From: Alphaproteobacteria bacterium
GTDB lineage: Bacteria; Pseudomonadota; Alphaproteobacteria; GCA-2731375
Reading direction: 5' to 3'
Length of the DNA: 64,000 bases
Assembly: GCA_965232515.1 (NCBI GenBank)
Contig: CBDDPY010000002.1
Location: forward strand, 4,928,001-4,992,000
Part shown: positions 1 to 9,561 of the stretch, piece after piece
Layout: each line of letters begins with the position of its first letter
Numbering within the stretch: position 1 is the first letter of the stretch
Translations under genes and position numbers: made by a program
Notes under the pieces: model-generated
What the model saw: the letters and a program-made list of their open reading frames with translations, nothing else
What the model was told of the DNA's origin: nothing
Database searches by the model: none

Positions 1-758
1 GGCAGGCGGGCCTCGAGTGCCGGACGCCGGCCGACGGCCCGATCTACGGCACCCAGATGATCGTGCTCGAGGGCGTCGACGAGACCGCGCCACTGACCCG
101 CGCCGATGTCGAGGCGCGGCTCGCCGACAAGGCCGATGGCTACGGCCTGACGCGGCGCGACGGCTTCGTCTTCGTCATTCCCGGCAAGGGCCGGGCGCTC
201 GTCAACATGACCCATCTCGAAACCCCGCTCGACCCCGTGGCGGCGTCGCGGCAGGCCATCGCCGGTCGGGCCGAGGCCGACCGCCTGCTGACGTTCCTGC
301 GTGCGGAATTCCCCGAGGCGCTTGGGCGTGCCAGCATCCGCAGTTACGGTCAGCTCGGCGTGCGCCAGACCCGATGGATCGCCGGCCGCCACCATCTGAC
401 CATCGACGAGGTCCGGGCCGGCACGCGGTTCGACGACGCCATCCTGCGCTGTTCCTGGCCGATCGAGCTGCACGACCGCGCCGAGGGCGCCTATTGGGAG
501 GAGTTCGGCGACGATCACCTGCACCATGTGCCGCTGCGCAGCCTGACCCATGACGGCGCCGACAACCTGTTGGCCGCCGGCCGCTGCATCGACGCCGACG
601 TCGCCGCGCTCTCGACCGTCCGCGTCATGGGGCCCTGCATCGCCATGGGCGCGGCCGCGGCGCACGCGCTCGACCTCGCCGGCGCCGGCTCGGTGCACCA
701 GATCGACATCGCGGCCCTGACCGCGCGCCTCGCCGACAATCTCGACCGCACGGACTGA
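1..758 (+). CDS. FAD-dependent oxidoreductase (FAD_oxidored family), 5'-truncated by window edge
   Basis: Frame open from position 3 (QAGLECRTP...). Motifs GVRQTRWIAG, WPIELH, VPLRSL...NLLAAGRCI...RVMGPCIAMGAAAA are typical of the family C-terminus. Confidence 0.8.
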   Translation, partial: QAGLECRTPADGPIYGTQMIVLEGVDETAPLTRADVEARLADKADGYGLTRRDGFVFVIPGKGRALVNMTHLETPLDPVAASRQAIAGRAEADRLLTFLRAEFPEALGRASIRSYGQLGVRQTRWIAGRHHLTIDEVRAGTRFDDAILRCSWPIELHDRAEGAYWEEFGDDHLHHVPLRSLTHDGADNLLAAGRCIDADVAALSTVRVMGPCIAMGAAAAHALDLAGAGSVHQIDIAALTARLADNLDRTD

Positions 759-782
759 GCGGGATAGTCTGAGGAAGATTTT

Positions 783-810
783 TGCGTCCTTTTCGCACGA
801 CGTGCGTCTA
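783..810 (+). promoter_or_regulatory. Candidate ECF (SigZ-type) promoter
   Basis: TGCGTCCTTTT...TGCGTCTA, with TGCGTC repeated 20 bp apart, ~35 nt upstream of the arsI ATG. CGTC is typical of ECF -10 elements. Inference. Confidence 0.4.
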
Positions 811-844
811 ACCGGGTGACTGAAACCTGGAAAGGAGTGACGCC

Positions 845-1282
845 ATGCGCCTTCAGCTTGCCCTGAACGTGCGGGACATCGACGAAGCCGTCGATTATTA
901 CGCCAAGCTGTTCGACACGCCGCCGCACAAGCGCCGGCCCGGCTATGCCAATTTCGCCATCGACATGCCGCCGTTGAAGCTGGCGTTGTTCGAGAACCCC
1001 AACGCCGCCGAACGACTGAACCACCTCGGCGTCGAGGTGTTCGAGCCGTCGGAGGTCGACGCGGCCGCGAACCGGTTCGAGGACGCGGGCATTCTCGACA
1101 AGATCGAGCAGGATGAGACCTGCTGTCACGCGACCCAAGACAAGGTCTGGTCGCGCGAGGCGCAGGGCCTGCGCTGGGAATGGTACCGCATCACCGACGA
1201 CGAACCGGTCGACGACCGGATGGCCGGCAGCGACGGCTGTTGCGCCGGACCGTCGGCCGAGCAGCGGACCTGCTGCGCCTGA
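845..1282 (+). CDS. arsI: ArsI/CadI-family VOC (glyoxalase) metalloenzyme, putative C-As lyase
   Basis: RLQLALNV, RPGYANF, LNHLGVEV, ETCCHATQDKVW, WEWY. Vicinal Cys pair and Q/H/E metal triad. RBS AAGGAG. Confidence 0.85.
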   Translation: MRLQLALNVRDIDEAVDYYAKLFDTPPHKRRPGYANFAIDMPPLKLALFENPNAAERLNHLGVEVFEPSEVDAAANRFEDAGILDKIEQDETCCHATQDKVWSREAQGLRWEWYRITDDEPVDDRMAGSDGCCAGPSAEQRTCCA

Positions 1283-1307
1283 GCGGTTCGACCATGCGAC
1301 CCGAACC

Positions 1308-1904
1308 ATGACCCTGACCGACGACGCGATGATCCACGTCGAGACCCGGCTGCGCGCCTATCTGCGCCGCCGGGTCGAGCCGTCTGCCGTGGGTGATCTG
1401 CTGGGCGACGTGCTGCTGCGCATGGTCCAGCACCGCGACGATCTCGAGGCGGCGAAGAACCCTTGGGGCTGGCTCTATCGCGTCGCGGCCAACACCGTCA
1501 TCGACCATTATCGCCGCCGTGCCGCCGAACGCCGGGCGTTGGGCCAGGTGGATCCCGAGCTGTCAACGACGGCGGCGGATGCTATCGGCAAAGAGGCCGT
1601 CGCCGCCGACGAACTCTCCGACTGTCTCGTGCCGATGATTCGCACGCTGCCGTCGCGGTATGCCGAGGCGCTGCTGCTCACGGACATCGAGGGATTGACC
1701 CAGGCCACGGCGGCCGAGCGTCTCGGCCTGTCCTTGTCCGGCATGAAATCGCGCGTGCAACGGGGCCGCCGGCTGCTGAAACAGACGCTCCTGCGCTGCT
1801 GCGAGGTCGAACTCGACCGGCGAGGCGGGGTCGTTGACTATCGCCCGCGCAGGCAACAGCGGGATGCCACCGAAAAGCGTACCCCTAACTGTGGCTGTAC
1901 CTGA
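1308..1904 (+). CDS. sigZ: ECF RNA polymerase sigma factor, SigZ-like
   Basis: Region 2 WLYRVAANTVIDHYRR. Region 4 LTDIEGLTQ...LGLSLSGMKSRVQRGR. SigZ-type tail LLRCCEVELDRRGGVVDY. Confidence 0.85.
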   Translation: MTLTDDAMIHVETRLRAYLRRRVEPSAVGDLLGDVLLRMVQHRDDLEAAKNPWGWLYRVAANTVIDHYRRRAAERRALGQVDPELSTTAADAIGKEAVAADELSDCLVPMIRTLPSRYAEALLLTDIEGLTQATAAERLGLSLSGMKSRVQRGRRLLKQTLLRCCEVELDRRGGVVDYRPRRQQRDATEKRTPNCGCT

Positions 1905-1918
1905 TTCGCCGGCGTCGG

Positions 1919-2497
1919 TTAACGCAGGAAGGTCGGCAGGGCGACGTCGGCAAGGCCGCTCGCGGCTTCTTCCAGCGCGTGCAGGTCGGCCCAGTCGTAG
2001 CGCACGACCGGCAGGCGCGACGAATCCACCAGCGAGATGTCGCGCGCGCCGAGCTCGCCGCCAAGCCGCTCGTAGAACGCCCGTGCGCCGTGGTTGGCGT
2101 ACAGCACCCAGACACAGCCCTGACCATAGCCGTCGGCCAGCAGCTGCTCGGCGCAGGCCGCCATCAGCCGCCGCCCCAGGCCCTGCCGCTCGAAGCTCGG
2201 CAACAGGTAGAGCGTATAGATCTCGCCCCGGCTCGACCGTCGGCGCGACGGGCCGCAGGTGGCGAAGCCGACGATGCCGGACTCCTGATCGCCGATCACG
2301 AAGATCCGCTGGCCCTCGCCGCGCGCCAGCGTGCGCCGCCAGTGCACGGTCTCGCGCACGACGTTCATGGCCTGCAGTGTCTCGGTGGGAATGATGCCGC
2401 GATAGGCGCGCTGCCAGCTTTTCACATAGACCCGGGCAATGCCCACCGCGTCCGAAAAAGAGGCCGTGCGAAGCGCGAATGTCGTTGCGTTACTCAT
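1919..2497 (-). CDS. GNAT family N-acetyltransferase
   Basis: IARVYVKSWQRAYRGII, GEIYTLYLLPSFERQGLGRRL, NHGARAFYERLG. Start trimmed to MSNATT. Confidence 0.85.
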   Translation of the reverse strand: MSNATTFALRTASFSDAVGIARVYVKSWQRAYRGIIPTETLQAMNVVRETVHWRRTLARGEGQRIFVIGDQESGIVGFATCGPSRRRSSRGEIYTLYLLPSFERQGLGRRLMAACAEQLLADGYGQGCVWVLYANHGARAFYERLGGELGARDISLVDSSRLPVVRYDWADLHALEEAASGLADVALPTFLR

Positions 2498-2673
2498 ACG
2501 ATCGCCGATGCTGTTCGCGGTACCGCGCGTTAACGTCTTGGTAACCGGATCATAGCCGGGATTGCCCGCCCGTGCACGCCGGCATTCGCCCATTAACCCT
2601 GAATGCTTATCGGATCGGCCGAAGCGCACTATCATGCGCCTCAACGACAGCAAAGGGTCAAGTCCCGGCCCGC

Positions 2674-3438
2674 ATGGCCGATGGTAAACCGCAACCCAAG
2701 AAATGGACGGGGTCCACATCCGTGAGCCAATCAGAAATTCCGCTCGGCAATATCGAAATCCTCGCCTCCCTGACGCCCGAGCAACTGCGCGACCTGGAGA
2801 AGCGCTGCCGCTGGCGGCGCTACGACGCCAGCGATCAGATCCTCGACCAGGACGATCAGAACCGCGATGTCTATTTCGTGGTCTCTGGCGACGTGCGCAT
2901 CGTCAACTATTCGCTGACCGGGCGCGAGGTGGCGCTGGCCCGGGTTGGCGCCGGCGGTTTCTTCGGCGAGCTCTCGGCCATCGACGAACGGCCGCGGTCC
3001 GCCAGCGCCGTCGCGCTCAGCAAATGTCAGCTCGCCTCGCTGTCGCCGATCGCCTTCAACGATCTGGTCATGCGTCATGCCGAGATCGCCGCCCGGGTGA
3101 TGCGGCAGCTGGCGGCCGTCGTGCGGTCGTGCGACGAGCGGATCATGGATCTGTCGACGCTCAGCGCCATGCAGCGGGTTTACATGGACCTGCTGCGCCG
3201 CTGCGAGGAGATCATGCCGAATTCGGGCATCTGGGCGGTGCGCAAGCTGCCGACGCAACAGACCATCGCCAACCGTGCCAGCACCTCGCGCGAAACCGTG
3301 GCCCGGGCCATGAGCCAGATCACCAGCGGCGGCATCGTCGAACGCAAGGACCGCATCCTCTATATCCGCGACCGCCCGCGCCTGGAGCAGCTCGCCCAGG
3401 CGCTGGAAGTCGAAGGCGACGAATCCACCGTGCGCTGA
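2674..3438 (+). CDS. Crp/Fnr family transcriptional regulator (cNMP-binding + HTH)
   Basis: FFGELSAIDERPRSASAVA phosphate-binding cassette and PTQQTIANRASTSRETVARA HTH. Start could be GTG 2722. Confidence 0.85.
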   Translation: MADGKPQPKKWTGSTSVSQSEIPLGNIEILASLTPEQLRDLEKRCRWRRYDASDQILDQDDQNRDVYFVVSGDVRIVNYSLTGREVALARVGAGGFFGELSAIDERPRSASAVALSKCQLASLSPIAFNDLVMRHAEIAARVMRQLAAVVRSCDERIMDLSTLSAMQRVYMDLLRRCEEIMPNSGIWAVRKLPTQQTIANRASTSRETVARAMSQITSGGIVERKDRILYIRDRPRLEQLAQALEVEGDESTVR

Positions 3439-3465
3439 AGCGAAAAGAAGGCCGTCCTGATATCG

Positions 3466-3569
3466 CATGCTTTGAGACGGCCCCTACGGGGCCTCCTCAG
3501 CATGAGGTCTTGAATCGATATCAAGTAAGAACCTCACCCTGAGGAGCGCCGAAGGCGCGTCACGAAGGG
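3466..3569. repeat. Inverted pair of alphaproteobacterial REP/RIME-like palindromic units (CCTCAnnCTGAGGAG...GTCnCGAAG type)
   Basis: TTTGAGACGGCCCCTACGGGGCCTCCTCAGCATGAGG (3471-3507) faces CCTCACCCTGAGGAGCGCCGAAGGCGCGTCACGAAGGG (3532-3569), between convergent genes. Confidence 0.75.
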
Positions 3570-3599
3570 TCGGCGATCGCTGCCCGACGTCGACTGTCG

Positions 3600-4082
3600 C
3601 TATTCTTCGGCGAGGCCGGCGAGGATGCGAAGGTCGTCGACGAAGCGGGCCCGGCGCTCGGCCGGCAGCGGCGCCAGGATGCGCGCCTGCGCCCGCGCGA
3701 CTCCCGGCAGCGCCGCCATCAACGCCGCCCGTCCTTCCACCGTCAGCATGACGGCGTTGGCCCGGCCGTCGCCGCCGGCGCGGGTCCGCGACAGCAGGCC
3801 GCGGTCGACCAGCCGGCCCAGCATCTCGGCCACCGTCGAACGGTCGATACCGCTCAGCCGCACCAGCTCGGCCTGGCTCAAGCCCTCGTTCATGGCGATC
3901 ACGTAGAGCAACGCGAACTGCCGCGGCCGCAGGCCATCGGCGCCGACCTCCTGCACGAAGGCCTCGACGGCCAGCTGCTGACAGCGCCGCAGCAGATGTC
4001 CCGGCGCGTCATGCAGCGCGAAGTCCCGCAGCACCGCCTGATCGTCGTCGGCGTTTGCGTCGCGCGTTTCGGTGTCGGCCAT
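3600..4082 (-). CDS. MarR family transcriptional regulator
   Basis: PGHLLRRCQQ, SQAELVRLSGIDRSTVAEMLGRLVDRGLLSR, DGRANAVMLTVEG. Confidence 0.9.
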   Translation of the reverse strand: MADTETRDANADDDQAVLRDFALHDAPGHLLRRCQQLAVEAFVQEVGADGLRPRQFALLYVIAMNEGLSQAELVRLSGIDRSTVAEMLGRLVDRGLLSRTRAGGDGRANAVMLTVEGRAALMAALPGVARAQARILAPLPAERRARFVDDLRILAGLAEE

Positions 4083-4207
4083 GTCTATTGGATAGCAGGC
4101 GACTGACGGACTGTCAGCCGGCAATCCGTGTACGGAGCAAGCGCGTCGTTTCCCCGGCGATAGGGACGACGTAGGCTGTCCGCACCGAACCGACAGGAGC
4201 CGATGGT

Positions 4208-4831
4208 ATGGATTGGACGACGTACGGGTTCTTTCTCGCGACCTCGTTGCTGGTCGGTGCCGCGCCGGGACCGACGACCCTCCTGGTGTTGTCGCATGCG
4301 CTCGGCCGCGATCCCCGGCGGCCGGCGGCGTTGATCGCCGGTGCATTCTGCGGAAATGTCGTCTTGGTATTGGTGACGGTATTGGGCCTGAGCGCCCTCA
4401 TCGTCGCGTCGCAAACCGGGTTCGAGCTGTTGCGCTGGCTCGGCGCGGGCTATCTGATCTATCTCGGCTGGCGCTACTGGCGCGCGCCGGCGGCGCCCGT
4501 CGCTGCGCCCGGCGCGGCGGCAGCGACGGCTTACGGCGCGCTGGCGCTGCAGGCCGCCATGACCTCGATGACCAATCCCAAGGGACTGGTGTTCTATCTC
4601 GCCTTCCTGCCCCAATTCGTGACGCCGGGCGCCGGCGCCGGCTGGCAGCTCGGCCTGCTGGGCGCGAGCTATGTCGGCGTGTTCGTGGCCGTCTTGATCG
4701 CCTATGCCCTGGCTGGCCGGCGGCTCGCGCATCTCTTCGCCACGCCGCGCGCTGTGCGCGTTAAGAACCGGCTGACCGGCACGTTCCTGATCGGCGCGGG
4801 TCTCTCGCTGTTGCGCTACGAGCGCGTTTGA
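4208..4831 (+). CDS. LysE/RhtB family exporter
   Basis: PGP motif, GAGYLIYLG, TNPKGLVFYLAFLPQF; hydrophobic. Confidence 0.9.
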   Translation: MDWTTYGFFLATSLLVGAAPGPTTLLVLSHALGRDPRRPAALIAGAFCGNVVLVLVTVLGLSALIVASQTGFELLRWLGAGYLIYLGWRYWRAPAAPVAAPGAAAATAYGALALQAAMTSMTNPKGLVFYLAFLPQFVTPGAGAGWQLGLLGASYVGVFVAVLIAYALAGRRLAHLFATPRAVRVKNRLTGTFLIGAGLSLLRYERV

Positions 4832-4983
4832 TGGGTCAAGCCCGGCCCTGTGGCCGGTAGAATGACGTGATGCTGGCGTGCTTCCCTAAATCGTGCCACC
4901 ATCCTCGCAAAGAACCAGAACAATAATAATTTCCGGCGGGAAAGTAATTTTCGCCATCCCGCTGGAAAAGCAAGGGGGTGAAA

Positions 4984-5418
4984 ATGCCGGATACTTTACT
5001 CGTCGGTGTCGACGGCAGCGATGGCGGCGCCCGCGCCGCGAAATTCGCCGCGTCGTGCGCGCGCGAAAGCGGTGCGCGACTTGTCGTCGCCTATGTGATC
5101 GAGTGGTCGCCTTACACGTTTAATACCCCGGAAGAGAACGAGGTCCGCCACAAGCGGCGCGAGGAGGAGATCAGCCGCGCCCAGTCGGAGGTCCTGCAGC
5201 CGATCCTCGACGTGCTGAACGAGAACGGCGAGATCGCCGAGGGCGCTGTCCAGCACGGCCATGCCGCCGAGGTCCTGAGCCGGCTGGCGGCCGAGCACAA
5301 GGCCAGCCAGATCTTCATTGGCCGGCGCGGTCTGTCGAAGCTGCAGGCGCTGCTGTTCGGCAGCACCGCCGGCAGCCTGGTGCAGATCTCGCCCGTCCCC
5401 GTCACGGTTATTCCTTGA
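4984..5418 (+). CDS. Universal stress protein (UspA family)
   Basis: LLVGVDGSDG...IFIGRRGLSKLQALLFGSTAGSLVQISPVPVTVIP. Confidence 0.9.
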   Translation: MPDTLLVGVDGSDGGARAAKFAASCARESGARLVVAYVIEWSPYTFNTPEENEVRHKRREEEISRAQSEVLQPILDVLNENGEIAEGAVQHGHAAEVLSRLAAEHKASQIFIGRRGLSKLQALLFGSTAGSLVQISPVPVTVIP

Positions 5419-5492
5419 GACGGCGGCACGGCCGGAACCGGTCGGCGGCGTTCGGTGCCTCGGCCTGAAACGAAAATCTTCGGGAGGCTTCC

Positions 5493-7022
5493 ATGGTTAG
5501 GTTCTTTATCTGGCTGACGGCGATGCTTTGGGCTCCGGCCGCCTGGGCGCAGGAGGCGGGCGGCATCGACGAGACCATCAACACCTATGTCGCGCCGGTC
5601 TCGAACGCCATCGTCAGCGTGGTCTTCTATTCCGTGCCGGTGCTGGGCGCCGACCTGCCGCTGATCGTGGTCTGGCTGGTCGTGGCGGCGGCGATCGCCA
5701 CGTTCTATTTCAATTTCATCAGCTTCCGCGCCTTCGGTCACGCCATCGACCTGATCAAGGGCGATTACGCCAATCCCAAGGACGCGGGCGAGGTCTCGCA
5801 TTTCCAGGCGCTGGCGACGGCGCTGTCGGGCACCGTGGGCCTCGGCAACATCGCCGGCGTCGCCATCGCCGTCTCCATCGGCGGACCCGGCGCCACCTTC
5901 TGGATGATTCTTGCCGGCCTGCTCGGCATGTCGCTGAAGTTCGCCGAGTGCACGCTCGGCGTGAAGTACCGCAACGAGTACGCCGACGGCACGGTTTCGG
6001 GCGGCCCGATGTACTATCTCAGCAAGGGCCTCGCCGAAAAGAACATGGGCGGTCTCGGCAAGGTGCTGGCCGTGTTCTTCGCGGTCTGCTGCATCGCCGG
6101 CTCACTCGGCGGCGGCAACATGTTCCAGGCCAACCAGTCGTTCCAGCAGTTCGTCAACGTCACCGGCGGCGAGGCCAGCTTCATGGCCGACAAGGGCTGG
6201 CTGTTCGGCCTCGTCATCGCCGTCATCGTCGGCGCCGTGATCATCGGCGGCATCAAGTCGATCGCGCGGGTGACCGAGAAGGTCGTGCCGTTCATGGCGG
6301 TCGTCTATTGCACCGCCGCCGTCGTTATCATCGTCGCGCACATCGACCAGGTGCCGGCCGCCGTGACCGCCATCGTCGTCGGCGCCTTCAGTCCCGAGGG
6401 CGTGGCCGGCGGCGCCATCGGCGCGCTGATACAGGGCTTCAAGCGGGCCGCCTTCTCGAACGAGGCCGGCGTCGGTTCGGCCTCGATCGCGCATTCCGCC
6501 GTGCGCACCAAGGAACCGGTGACCGAGGGCCTGGTCGCGCTGCACGAGCCGTTTATCGACACCGTCGTGATCTGCACCATGACCGCATTGGTCATCGTCA
6601 TCACCGGCACCTACACGGCCGGCGGCGGCATGAGCGGTGTCGAGCTCACCTCCAGCGCCTTCGAGAGCGTGTTCTCCTGGTTCCCCTACGTGCTGGCGCT
6701 GGCGGTCATTCTGTTCGCCTTCTCGACCATGCTGTCCTGGTCTTACTACGGCGCCAAGTGCTGGACCTATCTGTTTGGCGAGAACCGCACCATGGATCTG
6801 GTGTTCAAGCTGATCTTCTGCGTTTTCGTGGTGATCGGCTCGTCGATGAATCTCGGTCCGGTCGTGGATTTCTCGGATTCCGCCATCTTCGCCATGGCCG
6901 TCGCCAACATCGTCGGCCTTTACCTGCTGTTCCCGGTGGTGAAGCGGGAACTGGACTCCTACTGGAGCCGGCTCAAGAGCGGCGAGATCCAGAAATACGC
7001 CATCGACCACGTCGGCACCTGA
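5493..7022 (+). CDS. Alanine/glycine:cation symporter (AGCS, AlsT-like)
   Basis: [59 protein letters not shown]. Confidence 0.92.
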   Translation: MVRFFIWLTAMLWAPAAWAQEAGGIDETINTYVAPVSNAIVSVVFYSVPVLGADLPLIVVWLVVAAAIATFYFNFISFRAFGHAIDLIKGDYANPKDAGEVSHFQALATALSGTVGLGNIAGVAIAVSIGGPGATFWMILAGLLGMSLKFAECTLGVKYRNEYADGTVSGGPMYYLSKGLAEKNMGGLGKVLAVFFAVCCIAGSLGGGNMFQANQSFQQFVNVTGGEASFMADKGWLFGLVIAVIVGAVIIGGIKSIARVTEKVVPFMAVVYCTAAVVIIVAHIDQVPAAVTAIVVGAFSPEGVAGGAIGALIQGFKRAAFSNEAGVGSASIAHSAVRTKEPVTEGLVALHEPFIDTVVICTMTALVIVITGTYTAGGGMSGVELTSSAFESVFSWFPYVLALAVILFAFSTMLSWSYYGAKCWTYLFGENRTMDLVFKLIFCVFVVIGSSMNLGPVVDFSDSAIFAMAVANIVGLYLLFPVVKRELDSYWSRLKSGEIQKYAIDHVGT

Positions 7023-7032
7023 TCGACACCTT

Positions 7033-7072
7033 GCCCGGCGATCCCCCTGGGGATCGCCGGGCTTGAATTTTT
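7033..7072 (+). terminator. Probable intrinsic terminator
   Basis: GCCCGGCGATCCCC-CT-GGGGATCGCCGGGC hairpin followed by TTGAATTTTT, just after the symporter stop. Confidence 0.6.
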
Positions 7073-7158
7073 CGCGCCGCGGCTTAGCTGATAGCGACCG
7101 CCGCGGACGAAGGCGCCGTTGCCTGCCGCGCCATCCGCGGGGGCAAGCGAGGTCCCCC

Positions 7159-8148
7159 ATGACCGTGCATTTTCTCTCTGCCGCCTTCGAACCCGAGCGC
7201 GCCGCCGCGACAGACAGCCCGGCGAGCGACGACGTGCTGCTCGACGCCTATTCCAACGCCGTGGTCCGCGTCGCCGAGACCATGGGGCCGAGCGTCGTTG
7301 CCGTGCGCAAATCCGGCGCCTGTGGCGGCCAGGGCAGCGCCGGTTCCGGCGTCGTCATCGCGCCCGACGGCTATGTGCTGACCAACCAGCACGTCGCCGG
7401 CGACGGCAAAGGTCTCAGCGTTGCGTTGAGCGATGGCCGCGAGTTCGACGCGCGCTATGTCGGCGGCGACCCGGATACCGATTTGGCCGTGCTGCAACTA
7501 CCGGTCTCGGGCCTGACCGCCGCCACATTCGGAGACTCGGACCGCCTGCGCCCGGGCCAGCTCGTCGTCGCCATCGGCAATCCGTTGGGCCTGGAGGCGA
7601 CCGTCACCGCGGGCGTCGTCAGCGCGCTGCGCCGCACGCTGCGCAGCCGTTCCGGCCGGCTGATCGAAGACGTGATCCAGACCGACGCCGCGCTCAATCC
7701 CGGCAACAGCGGCGGTGCGCTCGCCGACTCCGCCGGAAACCTGGTCGGCATCAACACCGCGGTGATCGCCGGCGCCCAGGGCATCTGTTTCGCCGTGCCG
7801 GTCAACACGGCGGCCTGGATCACGCCCGAGATCCTGCGTCACGGCCGCGTCGTGCGCGGCCATCTCGGCATCGCCGGTCAGAGCCGGCCGCTGCCGCCAG
7901 CGCTCGCCGCGCGCTTCGACCTGCCGGCGCCGTCCGGCGTCCAGGTCATGAAGGTCGTCGACGGTCCGGCGCGCGACGCCGGCATGCGCGAGGGCGACGT
8001 GATCCTCACAATCGATGGTCTGCCGACGCCGTCCGTCGACGCCATCCATCGCCAGCTGACTCGTGCCACTGCCGGCCGACCGCTCGACTGCCTGATGCTG
8101 CGCCACGGCCAGGAACATCGCCTCGCCGTCACGCCCGTGCTGCGCTAG
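7159..8148 (+). CDS. HtrA/DegP-like S1C serine protease with one PDZ domain
   Basis: GSGV, LTNQHV (His), DTDLAVL (Asp), IQTDAALNPGNSGG (Ser); C-terminal PDZ. Confidence 0.9.
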   Translation: MTVHFLSAAFEPERAAATDSPASDDVLLDAYSNAVVRVAETMGPSVVAVRKSGACGGQGSAGSGVVIAPDGYVLTNQHVAGDGKGLSVALSDGREFDARYVGGDPDTDLAVLQLPVSGLTAATFGDSDRLRPGQLVVAIGNPLGLEATVTAGVVSALRRTLRSRSGRLIEDVIQTDAALNPGNSGGALADSAGNLVGINTAVIAGAQGICFAVPVNTAAWITPEILRHGRVVRGHLGIAGQSRPLPPALAARFDLPAPSGVQVMKVVDGPARDAGMREGDVILTIDGLPTPSVDAIHRQLTRATAGRPLDCLMLRHGQEHRLAVTPVLR

Positions 8149-8360
8149 CTCTGCGCTGTTGCAGAGAGAATCCAGGCCGGGATGCCTGCCTCCCGGCTCC
8201 GGAATGCCAGACGGGCCGCCGGCGCCGGCCGCGCGGGCTGAAACCTGGCGTTGATTTCGGTGGGCGAAAAAGCTTGCCTCATCCGTTCGTCTGGCGATGC
8301 TGGCGGGGACCCGAGACGGCGACCCGCGCGCCGTTCCGCGCCAACGGTAGTGGAGAAATC

Positions 8361-9545
8361 ATGTCCTCGATCTTGATGGAACACGGGCTGCAGCCGGTCA
8401 TCAACGCCACCGGACACTGGACCAAGATGGGCAATTCGACCCTGAGCGATGGCGTCATCACGGCGATGAACGATGCGGCGCGGGCCTATTTGCCCATTGA
8501 CGAGCTTCAGGACATCGCCAGTCGCGCCATCGCCGAGGCGACGGGGGCGGAAGCCGGCTACGCCACGCCCGGGGCGTCGGCCGGCATGACGCTCGCCGTC
8601 GCGGCCTGCATTGCCGGCGAAGACCCGGCCCGGATCAAATCGTTGCCGCACATCGCCCAGCCGCCGCACACGGTGGCGATGTTCCAGCAGCACCGTGGGT
8701 ATTACGACTTTGCCCTACGGGCGACCGGCGCGCACCTGCGGCTGGTCGACGCGTCGGCGCCGGATCCGCTGCAACGGCTTGCCGCCGCCATCGATGACGA
8801 TGTTGCCTGCGTTTTCTACGACTGCACCGGTCTGCCCTACAAGGACCACACCGGCGGGCCCTCATTGGATGACGTCGTGCGGGTCGCCCACGAACGCGGG
8901 GTCCGGGTGGTCGCGGATGGCTCGATGGCCGTGCCGCCGGCCGAGAACCTGCGGGCGCTGGTCGCCACCGGCGCCGACGCCGTTGCCTTCACCGCCAGCA
9001 AGGCCATGCAGGGACCGGCGGCGAGCGGTTTCGTCGCTTGCCGCAACGATCTGTTGCGATCGATGGCGCTGCAGCACCAGGATCTCGACGTGCTCGCCGC
9101 GATTACCGGCGCCGGCGATCCGCGCAACCGCTACATGGGATTGGGGCGAAGCCTCAAGGTCGGCAAGGAGCAGATTGTCGGCATGCTTGTCGCCCTGGAC
9201 GAATACCAGCGGCGCGACCATACCGGCGACCAAGCCGCCTGGCGCGCCGCGCTCGAGGTGATCGAGGGCGCCGTCAGGGACATTGACGGCGTATCGCGGC
9301 GCTGGCTGATCTCGAACGAGGGGCGCGCGCCCTACCTGCTGGTCGGCTTCGAGGGCCGTCTCGCGGGCATCAAAGCCGAAGACATCTCGGATCGGCTGAT
9401 GGCCGGCGAGCCGCGGGTTTTCATAGCCGCGCACCACGACAACACGCTGTGGGTCGGGGCGGAAAGCCTCGGCGACAACGATGCCGAGCGCGTCGCTGGC
9501 CGGCTCGGCGAGGTCATCGCGGCGGCGGCCGGTACGAACGGCTGA
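8361..9545 (+). CDS. SelA-like/DgaE-like PLP-dependent enzyme
   Basis: PVINATGHWTKMGNS, GASAGMTLAVAAC, FTASKAMQGP (PLP Lys), GRSLKVGKEQIVG. RBS GGAG. Confidence 0.8.
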   Translation: MSSILMEHGLQPVINATGHWTKMGNSTLSDGVITAMNDAARAYLPIDELQDIASRAIAEATGAEAGYATPGASAGMTLAVAACIAGEDPARIKSLPHIAQPPHTVAMFQQHRGYYDFALRATGAHLRLVDASAPDPLQRLAAAIDDDVACVFYDCTGLPYKDHTGGPSLDDVVRVAHERGVRVVADGSMAVPPAENLRALVATGADAVAFTASKAMQGPAASGFVACRNDLLRSMALQHQDLDVLAAITGAGDPRNRYMGLGRSLKVGKEQIVGMLVALDEYQRRDHTGDQAAWRAALEVIEGAVRDIDGVSRRWLISNEGRAPYLLVGFEGRLAGIKAEDISDRLMAGEPRVFIAAHHDNTLWVGAESLGDNDAERVAGRLGEVIAAAAGTNG

Positions 9546-9561
9546 CGGTCGCCGCCGCCGA

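Noticed and set aside
1260-1904. Selenocysteine read-through at TGA stops after Cys-rich tails (arsI, sigZ), given the SelA-like gene
   Set aside because: The stops fall at the expected family ends, no SECIS-like continuation is evident, and the SelA-like gene lacks sel context.
3466-3569. Palindromic repeats (also 25213, 27156, 56001) as CRISPR or IS ends
   Set aside because: Only one or two units each, with no regular spacers and no cas or transposase genes; better explained as REP-like elements.
7119-8360. Apparent 808-aa fusion upstream of the SelA-like enzyme
   Set aside because: The first ~414 codons are an Arg/Pro-rich alternative frame over the HtrA gene. The real start is ATG 8361 with a GGAG RBS.
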